The notes under the pieces are model-generated. The model worked only from the letters and a program-made list of their open reading frames with translations. It ran no database searches and was not told the origin of the DNA. A stretch of DNA of 64,000 nucleotides from Lepidodermella squamata (Eukaryota; Animalia; Gastrotricha), in NCBI GenBank assembly GCA_047495785.1, contig JBLDXI010000054.1:3906001-3970000 (forward strand). Direction: 5' to 3'. The number at the start of each line of letters is the position of its first letter. Positions within the stretch are counted from its first letter, which is position 1. Below are positions 38,138-51,832 of the stretch, piece after piece. A program made the translations under genes and the position numbers.

Positions 38138-39920
38138 AAAAGGCGAGTTGCGACTGGTCTGTCGAGGCCTACTCGTAGTAGGGCTTCATTCCTATGTCTT
38201 TCCGAAATTTGAATATTTCTCTTCTCGCTGTGTGTTACACTCGAATTATACAGAATTATACGATATATACTTCAGATTTCTATCACACAATTATCCGAAA
38301 AGTATCGTCATCAACGCAATATTTCTGTATAAACAGAGCCAGTCACTTTCTATAGGAAGTTTTGTTGCTTTTTCACATCAGTTGTTTTGACTTCTTGATC
38401 GTCTTTGTTCAGCTTTACTTCAGCTGTTAGAATTCACAATCGGATCAGTATTCTCTAAATCTCTCGAATGAGCTACTGCCATAGCTGCCCTTTGTTCGTC
38501 CAATATACTAGCTATTTCAACCTGCTGTTTTAAGACTTACGAGAAAACAACTCCCGTTAACATTTGAGCCAGATTTTGTTGTTTTTATACGTCATTATTA
38601 TTTTTTTCGATGCGAAATTTGACCTGCGATTTTAATCGAGAGTACCTCACCCAGCTCTGTGCTATGCGGCGGAAGAATCGAAGCCAAAAAATGAACGATG
38701 ATGGATGAATGAAGTTTTGCTGCCCTCTCTTCCATCTCTACTTTCTGTTTTCCAACGATGATCAGCCACGATAGGTTGTAAATATTCGTAGTCCAACTTG
38801 AAGCTACTCGAGGCAGTATTGTCCGCCATTTGATGACTTGACTATTATTATTATACCATATTATTATTAATATTATTATCTTCTATCGATGCGCTGATTT
38901 TTTTCTCATTTGCCAAACTTGCAAACTTGGAGAAAATGTGGTGAAGTGAAACGTGAAAAATAAAAAGAAGCTTGCGACAATTTCAAGACTTTTCTTGTTG
39001 CCTAACTTTTGGCGTGCGGTTTTAGATGGAGTACAAACATTTCCGCCGCTGATTCAATTCTGACTCACGGTTTTGTTTTCGGCTGATGGAGCTGCTGATA
39101 ATTAGCTGTAAATCACGCGCGATGAGCCTAAATAATGAATTTAGCGGCGTGAATATTCATCTGGGTATTAATGGGAGGAAGCTGGAGCGGCGCGAAAATT
39201 TTTACATTATCGGAAAAATCTAGGGACGAGCCATTGAATACTGCATTATCACCATCGCCAGCTGCATAGTTTTGTCTTAGTAATTTTCCATCGATTTTCA
39301 ATTTTTCCAAATTATTTATGAGCGCACACATGCCAGAATATGCCGAATGCATAGGCATGTTTTATCAGTGGAGCCGCCAACCATGTCTTTGCATTGCGTT
39401 AGTTAGTTTTCTTGTAGCGAACCCCCACGCCTGCGCTGCTCGTTAGTACAGCTAAACTTTTGAAATATTATTTTCAGTGGGTGCTGAGAGGTAAAATGTA
39501 GACCTATAAAAATCACCAAAATAAAATTCACACGCTCTAATAAAATTATAAACTAATTTTGCTATACCTCGGCTAGGTAAATTCGCCATTCACGAGTTTC
39601 CGTGCCCGAACCTCACTTCCTGAAGCACTTCACCTCGCACCTCGTTTTTTCTCACCTACCTTTTTTATAGCCTAACTTTTAGTCCGGATTAGCGGGAAGG
39701 TGAATTACTATGCATGTATGCTGCTGATGTTCAAAACAATGAGCCGAGATGACGCGCATGTTGAATCAGGTGTTTCCCTCCCTTACTCGGCGCACGAGGA
39801 AAGGCTATTTGTCACACGTGCTCTTCAACCGAACAACATGCCATATAATTATAAAATAATCTCGAGTTGTTAGCTTTTCCATCAGGACAATTTTATGATA
39901 TATTTTAGACTTTGAAAAAT

Positions 39921-40398
39921 ATGCATTTAGCGAATATAACAACGGCAGATGGGAAGATTTTCCAGGTTGACAACGCCAGGTTTTCAGCCGCTTTTGTTGG
40001 CCACGAAACGGACGCGAGTGATCGAACCCTCGATTTGAAACTAGACTGTGTTCATTCCGAAACACTTCAGATGCTTCTGCGGTGGTGTGACCATCATAGT
40101 TCAGATCAAAAGATCGACGATTCAAAATTTCGATACGGCGATATCTCCGACTGGGACAAACAATTTATCGGTAAGAAAACCTATAATTTTCCGATCTGAA
40201 TTGCTAATTTTAACCAATGCAGGGAGTCTTTCGAGAAGCCAACTGTTCGACCTGATTCTGGTTGCAAATTTTCTCGGGGTTCGGGGCCTCGTCTACCTAT
40301 GCTGCCGTGAAGCTGCTGATTTGATAAAACGCGAAAATTCCATACAACTGCCGTCGAATGATTCTGACCAGGAAAATCGTATTTCTTCTTCTTCGTGA
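39921..40398 (+). CDS. Divergent Skp1-like protein, C-terminally truncated
   Basis: ITTADGKIFQVD..ETLQMLLRWCDHH..ISDWDKQFI|..LFDLILVANFLGVRGLVYLCCREAADLIK; one intron. Confidence 0.85.
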
Positions 40399-40665
40399 AT
40401 TCTATTATTTTATAATTTCTTATTACTATAAATTTGACGCAAAATAAAACGACCTGAATCGATTTTCATGTTATTGCCAATTGCCAATACGATCCTCCCG
40501 CTTACTAAGAAATTACTAAATTATTCAAAGCTGTCAGGGGAAAATTATGCATTATGTATGCAGGAATCACAATGAAGATGTTAATCATTCTAACACCTTT
40601 CTTCAATCAGAGAAAGATCTCGATAACAGTTTATTGAAGCGGTAGATGCATGAAATTTCGTCGAA

Positions 40666-41614
40666 ATGGAAGCACTAATTACATCGGAGGCATCGGATTT
40701 CGAGGTAATATATTGCTGATCTGATTATATTACTATATTTTGATACCAATATTACGATAAAGCTCAAGGCTCTTCTTCAAGCTGCTTCCCGGGGTGACTG
40801 TCACACTTTGGAATATATTTTACGGCTGTACCCTGAACTCGCCGAAGCTGGCGATGAATTCAACAACACCGCGGTTCACCTAGCAGCTGCGAACGGCCGT
40901 GTTGAAATTTTGGCCTACCTTGTTGAATTAATCCACCCTAAAATCGTGATTGAAAATGAAGGGCAATTAGGCAGAACGCCGCTGCTGGTGGCAAGTCAAC
41001 ATGGTCAGCTAGACGTTGTTGAATTCCTAGTGGAGCAATGCAACGCGAATGTTGCTGCGAGTGATTTATTCGGTGATCAGGCTATTCATTTAGCAGCAGC
41101 CTGTGGGCATCTTGAAGTCGTCAAGTATTTGCTTCGATTTCAAGCGGTAGATGGGGCGAGGGATAGATCCGGCGAAACGGCCTTGAATAAGGCCGCAAGC
41201 GAAGGACAGTTGGAAATCGTCAAGTACCTCGTTTTGGAAAAGAAAGCAAACTTCAACCACAACGGCTTTCTAGGTATCATTTTTAGTCCGAGAAATTTAA
41301 CTTTTTATTATGCATATCAATTAGGTCGAACTGCTTTACATCACGCCGCCCGGGGTTGTCACGTGCTACTTTGCAAGTTTTTGATTCAATGCGGCGCAGA
41401 TATTTTCGCTAAGGACATGTCAGAAGCAGGCGACATGGCGATTCACCTGGCTGCAAATCAAGGCCACACCAGCATTGTGTCGTATTTCATCGATCAGTGT
41501 CCTGGTTTAGCGAACGCAAGGAATGAGATTGGCCATACGCCGCTATTCATTGCGAATAGCCAGCAACATCATGATGTAGCGTGTCTACTCAAGTCCCGCG
41601 GTGCAGACTCTTAA
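40666..41614 (+). CDS. Ankyrin repeat protein (~8 repeats, no other domain)
   Basis: Repeated TAVHLAAANGR / TPLLVASQHGQ / AIHLAAACGH motifs; two introns. Confidence 0.9.
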
Positions 41615-42801
41615 CGCATCAGGAATAAGGAAAAAATCATTATTTGGATTATCCTTAATTTTTTATGTGAGAAAAATGAGAAGTAAAGATAATGCGAAAT
41701 GGTAATGGAATAATAACCCCTTTCTCTGATCTCGCTTTTCCTGTTATGGCGTTGAACAATAGCTAGTACAAAAATTTGATTTAGTATAGATCGTGGCAAG
41801 AAGTTTCTCGTCCATTCGCAATTTTTTACCACAAGCTAGCGATATAGAGGGAGAATAGTCGACCTCCATTTCACGCGAAATATGGTAAAATAATTCAAAT
41901 TTTCTGCACAGCTCAATTTATAGGTCAATTTAAGCCGAAATCTCATAGGAATCTCGTGACTAAAAGCACACAAAAAGAGCTGTTTAGCAACTGCATTTAC
42001 TTTTCTCTTGAGATTCCATTAATTTTCTCTGGAAATTGATTATTTTCAAATACCCATGGCACCAATGCTGGAAATGCTGGCTTCTGATCTGAAACACCAG
42101 TGCATAAAAAATCCTAAAACTTTACTGATTTTATTGTCCCAGTATTAAGCAAAACATGTACTTACCTGTGGCTCTTCTTTTCAGAAAACTAGCCTTAGCT
42201 CTTTAGTATTTGAGTAATTCTGCATTTTTTCTTCTCAATATGTTTTGCAAACAATAATATAATCCTAATAAATCGCGCCAGAAGCCGTCGTAGCATCACA
42301 CACAGGTGTGCGAAGAAAACAGGAAGGCAAACAATTTCGCAAATGAAAACAATGCGCTCCGCAATAGCCCGAATACTCTCCGTGACGGCTTATCAAAATT
42401 CGGCGGATGGCCGCACGGAGGGCCGGCCATCGGCTATAGCGCGATTGTTTTAGGCATACATCCATGGCACGGCGACATCGATTCAATTAAAAATAACACA
42501 AGTTTGTGTATTTACGGCTTCGCGCAACAACAATCGCGCGGCAGTGATACGCATCACGTCGATGAGTTGCGTGTTATCTAAAAGTTTTCACGAGATTAGT
42601 CAATCATCGCTTCGGCAATATATATTGCACGGCAATTTGTTCGATTGGCAAACCAGTCGTGAAATAACAAAGCTTTTTGTTCTATTAGAAATCATCGCTT
42701 TTTGCACCTGTGCTTATAGACACTCGCTACTTCTTATTATTTTAATAGTACAGCGAGCCTAAGCACCGTGGACCCTACAACACTAAATACGCGACAGCGA
42801 A

Positions 42802-44731
42802 ATGGCGTTAACAGAACTCGGCTTTTCTGTCGACGCCGATTTGCTGTACGAACGTAGTCCAGGTGAGGCCGAGCATTACGAATTAACCCTTCAGCGACGT
42901 CTCATATGTTTAGAGAAGCGGCATGAAAAAGTCACATCAATTGATGCCTTCAACGAATTTCTGTCCAACATCGGCCGTCTGGCCAAGTTCGTCGAGCCTT
43001 GCAAAGTCAAAGTCATTCCGAAAGCTTCTCTAGAAATCGTATTATCAGTTTCAAAGGTGTGCAATTCAATTTTTTCCAAATTTTACAAAAATGCATCCTA
43101 CATATAGGGAAACGAGCACTTTCTGCATTGGAATGATATAAAACAAGTACATGCTTTATCGCCCTGTCATAACAAATACAACAACGTCGTGTCGATTTGG
43201 TCATCGCACAAAATCTATCTGCTCCACCTTAAATCTCAAAATGTAAAAGATTTCAGAATTTGCGTACACGTTTTTCTTTCAATTGGGTCATTTTTAAGGC
43301 TGGAAACTTCGCAGCTTTCATCAACTCGACTCAACCATCATGCTCGTCGCTTTACGACTCCCAAAGAGAGACAGAAATTGCCATGCTGGAAAAGTGCTGT
43401 AATGGTAAGGATTGCAGCTTTGAATTTTACCGCACTAATGCCAAAAAATTCCCCAAAGAACTGGACAAATTTACTGTCGATGATGCTACCTTCGTAAGTT
43501 CCCTTATTTCGGAAGAAGAGTTACCTGAAAATTTTGAATTATAGATAGTAAAACAAATGGAAAAGCTGACGAAACTTGACGAGGAAGTTTCGCGGCTTAC
43601 CGGGAAGAAAAAAGTCACGCGTAGCCGGAAGATGTTGCTTCGATGTTGTTCATGCCTGGGTGCTGTTTTGCCACCGCTTGAGAGGTGTCTCGAGGCTAGA
43701 GATGCGATCGTTATCTCACTTCAGTCGAAGCGCATCCGGTCTAGTCTTGTAGACGCGCTTCAAACCATTCGGCATGCGTGGCTCATATTTAGCCGCGTGG
43801 CGCCTACCCTACAACGCGTCGGCTATTGTCATTCGCAAGTGGAGTATGGCCGAAAGCTGACCGCCTACTTCGCCAATGTTGTGCAGTGTGCTAAAACAGT
43901 CGCGTCATTATCTACCTCAACACCTGAATCATCAGACACGGAATCTACTTCGTTGATTAACCCAGCCGAACAATTTTCAATCATATCATCCGTCAACTCA
44001 CCCCCTCTAACTGAAGCGGCAATCAAAACTATCGAGACGTATCTACCTGAAAAGCCGGATCTAGCTGCTGATTGGCCAAAGTTCGGCTACAACTGGAGTT
44101 TGAGCATGTAATTGCGTTTTATCCACCTTAATTTAATTTATATTTTAAAATGTTTCAGCCACGAGCAGGAAATGGATTTTAGCGATTGGAATATGTCGAG
44201 CCAACAGCACCTGAGAGAATTGAACCGAGACATTGAGATGCTGAGATCAACTCTACGACGGTCGTATTACCAGCTAGCTGAGCGGCTATTAATCGCCGAA
44301 GTAGAGCAAACCAAGAGAAATTTTCAAGAGCGGCTGAAAGAAGTTGAAATTCACAAGCAAACGCTTTCCAACAGTTGTTCCATCGCCAGCGTGAAAGACC
44401 TCTTCTTTAACGGAAAATCTTCGAACTTACCACCGTATGCATTTTCATAGGCAATCTTGATTCATTATTTAGGAGAATTTTTTTGTTTTATAGCACTCGA
44501 ATGGTTGATTCTGTCCAGCAGGCGTTTGTCGCCGAGGTAAAAAAGCGCAACGGCCGTGTTGTAATCGTCGTTCGGCCAGATGAAATCGAATCATCGATAA
44601 AGCTGTTCGACAAAGAAAGTCTGGAAATTCTTGAAGAAATCAGCGGCAATTATTTTCGAGTCAGAAATGCCGATGGCGATGTTATCGGCTCTATTCCTGC
44701 GCGAGCCGTAATGGAAATAAAACTATCGTGA
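42802..44731 (+). CDS. Divergent Eps8-like protein A (PTB-like, Eps8 central helical region, degenerate SH3)
   Basis: LVDALQTIRHAWLIFSRVAPTLQ and ISSVNSPPLTEAAIKTIETYL..WPKFGYNW match Eps8 FLDCFQKFKHGFNLLAKL..ASSVLSPLL..WMSLGGTW; C-terminus LEILEEISGNYFRVRNADG matches Eps8 SH3 LEILDDRKQWWKVRNASG. Confidence 0.7.
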
Positions 44732-45151
44732 TCTCCCTTCATCATCTTGTTGGCTCCTCTCATCGCAAATCAACCAGTTGCCTATACTTCTCTATTAACG
44801 CGGATGTAGATAAGAGCGGGTGAATTTCTTGGTGTTGTTCAAAAGAATTGACAGTGTTTTATCTATGGCTGCTTCATCGTATATATACGCAATCATTGAT
44901 GATTTTTGTTCTCGTGTTATATTGATACCTATTCAGTGTCGGCAATGATGGAAATAAACATGAGAACAGTTGAAAACATGGGGGATGGTTTGTTTGTATT
45001 TTTTTGGCTCATTTCCATTGCTGCGAGGCGCATGGTTTTTTTGTTGCGGCATGAATTAACTAGACCAATTTTTTCCTCTCATCCAGTCGCGTGTCAAGAT
45101 AGCACCGATTTTAGCAATAATTGATGCTTTGATTTCATTTTGGCATGTAAT

Positions 45152-47148
45152 ATGGCTGTTGTCGAAGACGAATTTCAAGTTGAAGCGCAGTTGCTGGTCG
45201 ATAGGGATGTTCCTGCCCATGGTAATTGCCAGAATGAGTGTGAATATTGTTTATTTTCTGAACTTTTCTCCGATTCAGCGAATCCTCTCGACTGCTCGAC
45301 TGTGGTGAATATTTTCGACGATTTTCTTTCCGAAATAGCGCGTTATGGCGACAATGTCGAGTCGTGCCAGATTTTCGTAAAACTTAACTCGAGCATTTTA
45401 ATTTCGAAACCTGGCAAGCAAAATGTAAAATCAGCTTTGATACCACTATATTTCCATTGAGTTTACCGATTTCAGGACTGCAAGGACCAGCAAAATCTTA
45501 TATTTTCGTGGAATCGAATCAAGCAAGCATGCGCTTTACAACCGAGTCATGCGAGATTTCCCAATATTCTATCATTGTGGGTCTCGGATAAAATGTACCT
45601 CTTGAATTTAATCAATCAAAATGTAAGTGGGAATTTCCTATTTAAATTTTTTTCAATTCTTTTACTTCTGACCCAAGGCGTCGGCGTTTGCAGCATACCT
45701 CAACATCAACCAATGTCCACCTAGTTGCAATATGGTCGACTATCGCAAAGATAGCGATTTCGCTCTTCTTATCAGATATTTAGAAGGTTGGAACAGCCAT
45801 CATGCCCACAATCAATTATTTCGGTATTTGATTTTTAGAGCTCGAGCATTTTTCAGCGGTTGAAGGCCCCTCGGTAAACAACTGTAATCACCGTCTAAGA
45901 CTTCTTCTACACGGATTCTTTGCATATAGATTGATAGCCAGATCAGCAAGCTTCAGCTTATTGACGCTGAAATTATTGACAAAATGGCTAAATGCCAAAG
46001 AAAATCTGGCAAATCTTTCGCTAACAAATTGAAGAAACTTCTGTGCGGTTCTGGATCCCATGATTCGGACAATATAGATAGCCTGCTAACAAATCGTCGA
46101 ATCGTTCTTGGTGGGTTTCTTATGTTAAATTTAAAACAAATCGATATCATTACACTTCGATTAATAGCTGCGATTGGGGATAAAAAGCGAGTTATTGCTG
46201 AGCTGTTGACAGTCATACGTCACGCTTTTGTCACGCTCGGTCGCATTTCGCCCACTTTGAAGCGCATCGGTTATTCGAATGATTTTCCACGCCGATTTAT
46301 TCTTCACCTCGAGAACTTGGTCGCCTATGCCAAGTTCATTTCAACGCCCTCGCCCGCTCCAGGTTCGGCCGATGTCTTCATCACGCCTCGCGTAATGTTC
46401 GAAATCGTAAATTCTGTCGACTATCCACCCCTGACCAGACGGGCTTATCGGCTGCTAGAAGCAATGCTGAGCCACGCCCCACGGCTCTCAGAAGATTGGG
46501 TTCATTTTGGCAATAGTTGGAAACTCATTACCATGTATTAATTCACTTTTAAAACATCAAAATTGAAGCGTTGTATACCTATCTTTTTCGCCACAGTGAA
46601 GAAGACGATTACGATTTAGACGACTGGAGCTTGGTGAAGCAGCGGCGTCTGCGGAAGCTCGATAACGATATCGATGGCTTGCGAACAAAATTTCGCAATG
46701 CATATCAGCAGCTGGTTGAACAACAGTTATTAGCCGAAGTCGAGCAAACAAAACACCGTTTCGAAGTTCGACTCAAGGACATTGAACGCTACAAGGACAA
46801 ACTGTCGAGTGGCTGTTTTCCAGTTCCGACGCAGTTTGATGATTCCAAAGCTTTGTGAGTGATAGCTATTCTTTATTTTTCAATTTTATTTTCATATTTT
46901 GCAGAGCACGATTGGATCCTGTGGTTCAGGAATTATTTATGAATGAAGTGAAGCACCGCGCCGGCAGAGCTGTTATTGTTATGCTAGCGAGTTCTGTCGA
47001 AGCTCAGGCCAACTTCAAGGTGTGCGACAAAGAGAGATTGGAAGTTCTCGAAGAAATGCCCAACCGCGTCTATTATCGAGTCCGAAATGCCGATGGCGCA
47101 GTTGGCCTCGTGCCAACTTCTGCGGTTATGGAAGTCAAACTTCTCTGA
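45152..47148 (+). CDS. Divergent Eps8-like protein B (tandem paralog)
   Basis: Same architecture and several shared intron positions with copy A; IRHAFVTLGRISPTLKRIGY, NSVDYPPLT, WVHFGNSW, LAEVEQTK, LEVLEEMPNRVYYRVRNADG. Confidence 0.7.
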
Positions 47149-47292
47149 TCAAATTGTTTGGGATAGTTTGTTCGAACGAAGAATATTAATAAAATATGAT
47201 GGCATGTTGACAAAATTTTCGGGTTTTATATCGTTTTATTCATTCTAACAATAAATAAATTTTCAAGACATCAAAATATCATATTTTCGCCA

Positions 47293-48668
47293 TTAGATAG
47301 CAGTTATTCCTCGAATGATATCTTCATATAGCTGGATTCCTCGCAGAAAAACTTCCTCAGACACATGTTCATCGTGATCGTGCAGTAAAAACTGGGTATT
47401 CGGCAGAGCGGAGAAGCCGAGGGCTGGTATTCCGAGTTCGCGGATGTATCGCGCATCGGTGCAGCCCCAAAACAGTGACAGCCGCGGCTTGATCGAATTT
47501 TTCACAAGCGCGCCTTGAAACGCTTCCCAAAACGGCGCAACTTTCTCATTACTCACGTCACACATGCCCTGTCGAGTTTCCTTATGAGCGAAAGTCAGCT
47601 CAACGGAATCGGGCTGCCCTCCACTTGCTACTGCAGCTTCTTTGCACCACCTTAATTTATCAAAAAAATAAAATTTCAAGAAAATTTTGTGAAATTTACG
47701 TTAGAAGTTGCTTTTCAAACACGGCAAGGTCAATTGTGGGTGGCAGTCGAATGTCGAAGGTGGCCGTTAGTTCGGAGGGTATAACATTAGGCTGCTTTCC
47801 GCCCTGAGCCATCGTCAAATTCACAGACAAAACCTCGCTCATTTGCTGATGCCGCGGATAAGACAGCTTCAACTTGGCATTTTGAGCGTCGCGGAAGCTC
47901 ATCAACTTATCGGTGAAGCGCCAGAACTTCTCGCCGGCCGTGTCCGGTTTGAGCATCGAAGCGTGACCGGGCGTGCCTTTGCACTTGACATGAATCCACC
48001 ACGGCCCGCGCTCGCCGTAGTAGACGCCCAATTCGTTGTCAGACGACGGAGCGCCTTCGTCAAGAGCGAACGCAACGTTAAGGTCAGCAAATTCCTTCAT
48101 TTTCACAAACAACATCATGCCAAGATGACCGCCGATTTCTTCATCTAATTGTAAGAGATGTAATAATCTCTTGAATATGTTAAGAAAAACGAACCGGGCA
48201 CAAAAGTAACATGAACGGTACGCTGTGGTGCAAACCCAGCTGATTTCAACCTTCGAATCGCTTCCATGTATTGAACACCCAACACTTTGATGTCTTGGGT
48301 ACCTCTAGCGTAAATTTTACCATCGACGCGTTTAGCTTCAAATGGCGGGTAAGTCCATTTTTCCTATCAATTCCAACATAATTTAAGTTGATAAGCATTG
48401 TGAAAATATATACTTCATCTACTGGAACAACGTCAATATGCGAGTTGAGCAAAATTGAACCCAATTGGCCTTGCTTGGCGCCAAGCCACGATATAACGAC
48501 TACCGGGCGGTTTTCATGCACGTAGACAACTTGAAACGTCAGCCCGAGTTCTTCGGCATAACCTCGCAAGAATTCAACAGCAGTTTTGTAATCAGGCTCG
48601 GGTTGTACAGTTTTGATTTTAAGGTAGCTGACAAACCTATCGAAAGCTACCGAATTCAGTGACGCCAT
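47293..48668 (-). CDS. ACY1: Aminoacylase-1 (M20 family), copy 1
   Basis: [48 protein letters not shown]; three introns. Confidence 0.93.
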
Positions 48669-48827
48669 TCCCTTCCAAACGATACACGTCTATTACAAGG
48701 AGAAAAATGATTTTATTTTAAATCACAGGAAAAATAATTAGGCTCTGAGCAGCACCATAATTTTTTCAATATTCAACTGAAAATCGACTAGGAAATTTAA
48801 CGAGAGGAATGTTTGATCAAGTCTTTT

Positions 48828-50230
48828 TCAGACCACGGTAATGCGGCGCAAAATTTCTTCGTAGACATTGATTCCTTTAAGGAACACGTCTTCTCCAATA
48901 TACTCGTCGTGATCGTGAAGTAAGAAAGGTGAATGTGGCAGTGGTGAAAAGCCGAGAGCGGGTATTCCCAGCTCGCGAATGTATCGGCAATCAGTCGCCG
49001 CAGGGAAAATTGACAGGCGTGGCTTCAAGTTACACTTGGCCAGTGCCTCGCGGAAACCGCTCCAAAATTTAGCGGCAGCATCGCTATTAACATCGCAAAT
49101 CGCCTGACACATTTCCTTTTGAGAATAAGAAATCTCGATAGAATCCGGGGCACCTCCACTAGCAGTGGCAGCTTCTCGGCACCATCTTAAATGAAAAGCA
49201 TGAAGGTATTTGTAATGACAAGAGCAGCCTTAAACTCACTCAATCAGTTGCTTCTCAAAGGCTGCCATGTCAATTGTGGGCGGGATTCGAATGTCAAAAG
49301 TCGCAGTAAGTTCGGACGGAATCACATTCGGCTGTTTACCACCGTCGACCAGGGTTAAATTAGCCGACATGGTTTCACCCATTTGTTGATTAGCAGGGTA
49401 AGACCACTCGAATTTGGTTCGCTGGCCGTCTCGGAAACGCATTATTTTATCGGTGATGCGCCAGAATTTCTCACCCGCTGTGTCAGGCTTCAGCATAGAG
49501 GCGTGGCCAGGGGTGCCCTTGCATTTGATATGAACCCACCACGGAGCTCGCTCTCCATAAAAAACAGGTACTTCATCGGTCAAACTGGGACATCCTTCGT
49601 CCAAGGCAAATGCGACATTCAAATCTGTGAATTCCTTCCTCTTTACAAACAGCATCATTCCCAAGTGACCACCAATCTCCTCGTCTGTTTTGCAGATGCA
49701 ATGGCAGATGAAAAATGAAACAAAATCAACAGCCAAAAGACGTACCGGGAACAAAGGTTAGATGAATCGTTCTTTCAGGAACAAATCCTTCATTTTTCAG
49801 ACGTCGGATGGCTTCCATGTATTGTATTCCAACTACTTTCATGTCTTGGGAGCCACGGGCGTATATTTTTCCATTCACACGCTTTGCTTCGAATGGAGGA
49901 TAGGTCCACTTTTCCTGTTTCAAATAATTGACGATGCGTATGAGCGTCAATGAACAGCCTACTTACTTCGTCAACAGGAACAACATCTATGTGCGAATTT
50001 AGTAGAACAGAGCCAGTTTTTCCGTGCTTTGATCCATTCCAAGTAACAATAACAACGGGACGATTTTCGTGTACTTCGACAACTTGAGAAGATAAGCCAA
50101 GTTCCGATGCGTAGGATTGAAGAAAAACAGCAGCAGATTTGTAATCCGGATTAGGTTGAACAGTTTTTATCCGAAGATAGCTGACAAACTTATCGATGGC
50201 TACCGTATCAAGAGATGCCGAGCTTGACAT
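48828..50230 (-). CDS. ACY1: Aminoacylase-1 (M20 family), copy 2
   Basis: [45 protein letters not shown]; same three intron positions as copy 1. Confidence 0.94.
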
Positions 50231-51832
50231 TTTGCGAGCGACACTTCGAATCAAATTCATAAAACCAACTAAAGCCATAAGTCAATGAATAATGAATCCC
50301 GTAAAATCCGAGTTAAAAGAAACAAAGTACTCTCTTATACCTTGATTAAGGAAGGCCAGACCTATAACTTTAAACAAGACGCTCCCTTAATTTCGGCACT
50401 ACGCCTATTTCTTCGAATCCAATTCTCCGCTGCTGTACACAGCAGATACAAGCAAAAACAGCTTCGCACATCGCAGCTGCGAAACTCATAAAGCTTACTC
50501 AGCCGATGGCTGGATTGAACCGCACTTCGGCGTAGCACCAGTTTAAATGCGCAATGATATTATTCATTAAAATAGACCCCAGTCAACAACATTTAACATT
50601 TGACAACCAAGTGGATCAAAAATGCATATCAAACCAAAAAGAATGAATGGATGGCTGATGAATGGACACTAGACACTAGACCCTGCCACCATTTTCGGTG
50701 ATATGAAAGAGTGTGGGATGATCTGAAATGATCTGAAAACCTGTCGAAAAAAACGAAAGGAAAGAGGTAAGGACAGAGGAAACACGGAACTCCAGGCTGA
50801 CCAGGCAAGCAGCAGCAGCACGCAGACCGCGATACGCAACATCGTCTACCATCAACAGGTGTCATTTATCCTTTTAATGGAAAATATTATTAATTTAGCT
50901 CATATATAAACTGTAAAATGCTCGCTATATTATTCCTCGGTATTATCAGCAAAAATAAAAAATTCCGGTTACTTTTTTCAATCATCAATAATCATCGGCG
51001 CTTCGCGTTTCATTGGCGCTCGGAGAAGCTGAAGCGTTGCGACTTGCGAGATTCGAGCTTCTGAAACGGATACACCTGACACCTGTATCCACCCCTAGAC
51101 GTGGGCGTACACTCTTTTGATGGTTCGAATACTCAGAGGAACCAAGATCTATGTCGTTGTCGTCATCCTCAGCTAGAGTCAGTTATGGGCGCTCTCTAGA
51201 ATCAAGAAGGAATGTGCAGCCTGTACAGTCCTACTAGATGCTAGCCAGACTAGCCATTACGCAGACCTTTTGCTCTTCTTGCTGAGTCGTTAGCGGTGCC
51301 GGCTTAGTCAATAACTTATAACTTATCCTACCATGCCATTCGCACTGGTCTTGAAGGGAATATTTACGCGGTGATTTGTTGTGCCAGCTTGACGCGGCTG
51401 AATCTCCTCTTTCAGTTGTTACATAAATCATGTGTAAGCTCTCCCCCTTGCGCCGATCTAGCAAAATAATTGAATTTTCCATCTCCTTCTTCGTTCAAGC
51501 ATAATTCTTCTTCCTTCATTCCTTAACTTTAGAAGTACACATGATTTCTAGATCCTAGGGTTCGAATTCCGAAGCTATTGACTTAACAACACTTTTTCAT
51601 CTTTGAGAAGGCATTTCTCTCTGGCTTGTGGCTTGCACTTTACATTTTATCGAAGGTAATAGTTTGTCGCACCTTATAACACGATTACAGGTACTTATTT
51701 TTCGGTGAAAAATTATCAAATTTTTGCTATCTGATGCATTGTTTAAGCTTAAATATAAGCATATAATCATATCTAATTCCGCCATTGTTCACTATTCTGA
51801 TTAGGTGTTAATTTTAGATTAAACTTGTCGAA

